From Candidatus Heimdallarchaeota archaeon B3_Heim (lineage in GTDB: Archaea > Asgardarchaeota > Heimdallarchaeia > Hodarchaeales > Hodarchaeaceae): 9,019 nucleotides of DNA. The DNA is taken from the NCBI GenBank assembly GCA_003144275.1, contig NJBF01000076.1:1-9019 (forward strand). The letters are read 5' to 3'. Position numbers and translations under genes: made by a program. Positions 6,344 through 9,019 of this stretch are shown here, piece after piece. Position 1 is the stretch's first letter, and every line of letters starts with the position of its first letter. The notes beneath the pieces are model-generated. The model saw only the letters and a program-made list of their open reading frames with translations, did not search any database and was not told where the DNA came from.

Positions 6344-7501
6344 ATGAGTGAACAGAAGCATAGTAACCAATTCCATTCTAGTAACTATGCCATTTTCTTT
6401 CATGATCTTCAAGGAAAAATCCTTGATATTGACCAAAAGGGATTAGAGCTTTTTGGATACACAAAAGCAGAGATTTTTAATTTAAAAATTTCTGATCTAC
6501 ATCCTCCCGAATTTCTTGAAGAATCGAAACGAGCATTTGATACGATCACAAAAATGGGGTATGTAGATTTTGAGATTGACTTTCTGAAAAAGGGTGGTGA
6601 AGTATTTTCTGCAGAAGCCTCCTCAAGAATATTTGATATTAGCGGGGAAAAGGTTATTCAAGGTATTGTACGAGATATCACAGAACAAAAAAGAGTGAAA
6701 GAAACATTACGAGCATCAGAAGAAAAATATCGAACCCTTCTCGAAAATATAGAAGATAGTTATTATGAGGTAGATCTAGCTGGTAATTTTACCTTTTTCA
6801 ACAAAAATTTGCCCAAGATTTTGGGATACACTGAAAAAGAAATCATGGGAATGAATTATAGACAATACTGTAGTGAATCAGTCGCTATACAGGTATTAAA
6901 GGCATTCAATGACGTATACGTAACAGGAAAACCAGTAAAAGAGTTTGAACTGAAATTTATTAACAGAGATGGTGCAACAAGGTATTCAGAGGTGTCTATA
7001 TCTCTCATACTTGACTCTTCAAGAAAAAAAAATGGATTCAGAGGGATAATTCGTGAGACTTCTGAACGAAGAAGAGCTGAAATTGCATTACAGGAAGCTA
7101 AAGAAAAATATCAAATGCTCATTAATAAAATGGAGGAAGGGGTTGTATTAGAGGATTCCCAAGGTTTCTTCACCTTCACTAATCCCCAAGTAACGAGCCT
7201 ATTAGGATACGAAGAAGAAGAATTAATCGGTAGGCACTGGTCAGATTTTATTTCACCTGAATCTTTGGAAATGGTTAAAAGTGAGACGGCTAAACGAAAG
7301 GAAGGCTTCAGTAGTAGATATGAGACAGTAGCATTAGGAAAAAATGGCAAACGAATACCGATAATAGTAACTGCAACTCCTATTCATTCCAAGAAAGATG
7401 ATTTTGAAGGTGTCTTAGTAGTTTTCACTGATATCTCAAAACTGAAAAATGTCTCAAAGTTTCAAAAAAAAATCATCCAAAAACAGTTTGAAAGTTCCTG
7501 A
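6344..7501 (+). CDS. Triple PAS/PAC sensor protein, probably the truncated N-terminal part of a sensor kinase or similar
   Basis: Three PAS repeats (LFGYT..EI, ILGYTEKEIMG, LLGYEEEELIG), each ending in a PAC motif (IVRDITEQK, IIRETSERR, VFTDISKLK). The first two are joined by SEEKYRTLLE/AKEKYQMLIN linkers. There is no HisKA, GGDEF or REC domain, and the last ~17 residues are not linker-like. Confidence 0.9.
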   Translation: MSEQKHSNQFHSSNYAIFFHDLQGKILDIDQKGLELFGYTKAEIFNLKISDLHPPEFLEESKRAFDTITKMGYVDFEIDFLKKGGEVFSAEASSRIFDISGEKVIQGIVRDITEQKRVKETLRASEEKYRTLLENIEDSYYEVDLAGNFTFFNKNLPKILGYTEKEIMGMNYRQYCSESVAIQVLKAFNDVYVTGKPVKEFELKFINRDGATRYSEVSISLILDSSRKKNGFRGIIRETSERRRAEIALQEAKEKYQMLINKMEEGVVLEDSQGFFTFTNPQVTSLLGYEEEELIGRHWSDFISPESLEMVKSETAKRKEGFSSRYETVALGKNGKRIPIIVTATPIHSKKDDFEGVLVVFTDISKLKNVSKFQKKIIQKQFESS

Positions 7502-7664
7502 CTCTAAATTTGAAAACATATTAAAATTGGCCCAGAGGCTGCTAATCCATGGTTGAAATATTATTATCGTCTGGTTGGGCACAATAATATAGGTCTAAAA
7601 CACGGATAAGGAATAGGCCTATTGGAATAAATTGCCCGGTTAAGGACGATAGTATAAGCCTAAA

Positions 7665-7752
7665 ATGAGAATAAAGAATAGGTAATGAGGATAAAGAATA
7701 GGTTTATTATGAGAATAAAGAATAGGTAATGAGGATAAAGAATAGGTTTATT
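7665..7752. repeat. Perfect 44-bp tandem duplication built from four ATGAG(A/G)ATAAAGAATAGGT subunits
   Basis: ATGAGAATAAAGAATAGGTA-ATGAGGATAAAGAATAGGTTTATT occurs twice (7665-7708, 7709-7752). A degenerate copy, GGATAAGGAATAGG, lies at 7604-7617. Confidence 0.97.
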
Positions 7753-7882
7753 ATAATGAGGGTTATATCTGAATATGGTCAATAGGTCGTATTTGAAGTC
7801 TGTATGTCGGATAAATAATAGTCACGTGATAATGTGAATCCAGATGTTTCAAGATTAGTTGATGAAACGAAGTTTATAGTCG

Positions 7883-7904
7883 ATCAAATCCACCTGGATT
7901 TGAT
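7883..7904. repeat. 10-bp perfect inverted repeat ATCAAATCCA-CC-TGGATTTGAT
   Basis: Read directly from the sequence; the arms are exact reverse complements. Confidence 0.95.
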
Positions 7905-8138
7905 GAGATGGATTCATTGAAACCTTCACTGCACTGGGAGGATAATTTGATAAACCTCAGGCACCTAGTAGCACTAATGGTATTTTATAATCACCAAAGA
8001 GTTTTGGAGGAATAAATGTCCGACTTTTCTTATGTGTCGTTTCTAGATTATTGATCTTCTCTTCCCTCCTCCCGGCACACAGGATAAGCCAGGTATCAAA
8101 GGAGAAACTACTAAACAGGAGTTAGGGCGACCTCTAGT

Positions 8139-8157
8139 GTCGATGATTAGCATCGAC
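8139..8157. repeat. Hairpin GTCGATG-ATTAG-CATCGAC
   Basis: 7-bp perfect stem with a 5-nt loop, about 30 nt inside the putative LTR start. Confidence 0.9.
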
Positions 8158-8187
8158 GGGTAATTCTAATTGAATTGCGGCGCAATA

Positions 8188-8221
8188 TATGCCCCAAGTT
8201 TTTTAAAACGTGACCTCACGT
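8188..8221 (-). other. Candidate polypurine-tract region with upstream hairpin
   Basis: The minus strand reads ACGTGAGGTCACGT-TTTAAAAAACTTGGGGCAT(A), immediately before TATTGCG. The hairpin / A-T run / G-tract layout resembles Ty3/gypsy 3' ends, but the tract is short and interrupted by pyrimidines. Confidence 0.45.
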
Positions 8222-8399
8222 AAAAATAAAATATAAAATAGAATTATATAACTAGTAATAATAAATAAAAGGGTAACATGTACATATAAAAAAATATCAA
8301 TATATATATGTTTATAAGATTTGGAGAGAAAGAAGAAAGTTTAGAGAAAAATTCACACTTTACGTATAGAAATAGTATTTTTATAAACGGAATAATATT
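8222..8399 (-). other. Very AT-rich 3' non-coding region
   Basis: Hand count gives 31 G+C in 180 nt over 8221-8400 (~17%). It is T-rich on the minus strand and lies directly after the ORF stop. Confidence 0.75.
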
Positions 8400-9019
8400 T
8401 TATAATGTAGGGTTTAAAACGCGCGAATGAATAGTAATTTCTTTAGTTGAAGGATCTTGTAACACTGCGACTATGTCTCTGTCTTCTGGAAAAGTTACAT
8501 TCAAGGCACTAGCCGCATTCATAGCGTCAGTAGCTGATATATGTAAAGGGTCCCCAGCACGTAGCCGAAGGTATTTACAAGTTATTTCCTCGTCCGAAGA
8601 AGTTGATGATGACGGAGGTGTTGGAAGGCGTCGTTTAGGACGTCTAGTCGAAGGTTGTTTCTTAGAGGGTGGACGATTTGAGTTGATTATTGGTATGAGC
8701 GGCGATAATCGTTTTGGAGGCTTACGTTGTCGGGAAGAACGACGAAGGACTGTTGGTTCTTCAAGACCCGACAGTGATTCGGCTTTGGACGCCGAGTGAA
8801 CTTTCAACACTGGCGGAGGAGTATCCGCAAGTGTCAGGTTCGGAGGTGAATGAGAACCTTGTGAAGGGATAGATTCCACAACAGGGATGCCCGACAACTT
8901 TGGCAAGTTGATATCACGTGGCGCTGGAACAGGATCAGTAATCTGATGGTGATGTTGTATGGTTGGTTGATCCGGAGATAAATTCATCTTACATCCATCC
9001 GGGTGTAGTTCCACTGCAT
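8400..9019 (-). CDS. C-terminal part of a larger eukaryote-type ORF, probably a retrotransposon Pol/integrase tail (runs off the right edge)
   Basis: The frame stays open upstream of the GTG called as start (GCA-GTG-GAA), so it is 5'-partial. It is Pro/Ser/Arg-rich and looks disordered, contains LRRSSRQRKPPKRL, and ends in a ~60 aa folded-looking segment. GC is ~46% by hand count (275/600), higher than the cox genes. Confidence 0.6.
   Translation of the reverse strand, partial: AVELHPDGCKMNLSPDQPTIQHHHQITDPVPAPRDINLPKLSGIPVVESIPSQGSHSPPNLTLADTPPPVLKVHSASKAESLSGLEEPTVLRRSSRQRKPPKRLSPLIPIINSNRPPSKKQPSTRRPKRRLPTPPSSSTSSDEEITCKYLRLRAGDPLHISATDAMNAASALNVTFPEDRDIVAVLQDPSTKEITIHSRVLNPTL

Larger units (their letters stand above)
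7559..8187 (-). repeat. Putative 3' LTR (~630 bp) with TATT...AATA termini
   Basis: Non-coding segment starting 4 nt after the GGGG tract. TATAAAA at 7989-7983 precedes AATAAA at 7752-7747 and 7708-7703, which is U3-R-U5 order. The left boundary is uncertain (7519 and 7620 are alternatives), and the partner LTR is not in the window. Confidence 0.45.
7559..9019 (-). mobile_element. 3' end of an LTR-retrotransposon-like element (Ty3/gypsy-like), eukaryote-type DNA
   Basis: Order on the minus strand: ORF tail with LRRSSRQRKPPKRL, ~180 nt T-rich UTR, hairpin ACGTGA-GG-TCACGT, TTTTAAAAAACTTGGGG tract, then an LTR-like segment with TATAAAA and AATAAA. No RT or integrase core is inside the window, so family placement is inferred. 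Confidence 0.6.

Noticed and set aside
7111-7350. 79 aa minus-strand ORF
   Set aside because: Antisense to the third PAS domain.
6344-7440. PAS domains as FixL/DosP-type heme O2 sensors
   Set aside because: None of the three has a His in the helix where the proximal heme ligand lies. The ligand is unknown, so O2 sensing cannot be claimed.
7528-7545. TGGCCCAGAGG as a primer-binding site
   Set aside because: It does not match tRNA 3'-end complements I know, and its position and orientation do not fit a minus-strand 3' LTR.
7449-7556. 35 aa ORF MSQSFKKKSSKNSLKVPDSKFENILKLAQRLLIHG, considered as a frameshifted continuation of the PAS gene across the 9-A run
   Set aside because: It has no HisKA H-box or other output motif and stops after 35 codons, so a homopolymer frameshift does not rescue a kinase.
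7665-7752. Possible mini-CRISPR array
   Set aside because: The units are directly adjacent with no unique spacers, are not palindromic, and no cas genes are present.
8055-8073. 19-nt purine tract (minus strand GGGAGGAGGGAAGAGAAGA) as the PPT
   Set aside because: It is followed by TCAAT with no matching terminus and has no upstream hairpin or T/A run. Kept only as a less favoured alternative boundary.
8473-8799. 108 aa plus-strand ORF
   Set aside because: Antisense mirror of the Pro/Ser/Arg-rich ORF; its Gly/Arg/Asp bias is what the reverse complement of such codons produces.

Overview
The window has two very different parts. Bases 1 to ~7445 are compact prokaryotic, probably archaeal DNA (an Asgard/Heimdallarchaeia-like source is an inference only). 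They carry a six-gene minus-strand heme-copper oxidase operon in this order: a membrane-anchored DOMON protein with a Met/His heme-ligand pair, subunit III fused to an extra 5-TM DUF2231-like domain, CuA subunit II, A2-type (YSH) subunit I, subunit IV, and an SCO chaperone with an atypical Cx4C motif. The 5' part of a HAD hydrolase follows the operon, and a triple-PAS protein is transcribed divergently from it. The PAS protein has no output domain and loses PAS-linker character right after its last PAC motif. From ~7450 to the end the DNA looks eukaryotic and resembles the 3' end of a Ty3/gypsy-like LTR retrotransposon on the minus strand: a Pro/Ser-rich ORF tail with an RRSxRxRKPP motif, an AT-rich UTR, a hairpin plus G-tract, and a ~630 bp LTR-like segment with TATA and tandem-duplicated AATAAA. 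The best candidate for a new system is the DOMON + DUF2231-CoxC electron-input module on complex IV. The archaeal/LTR junction is most simply explained as a chimeric contig and needs read-level checking. All family assignments come from motif recognition by eye; no database searches were run.
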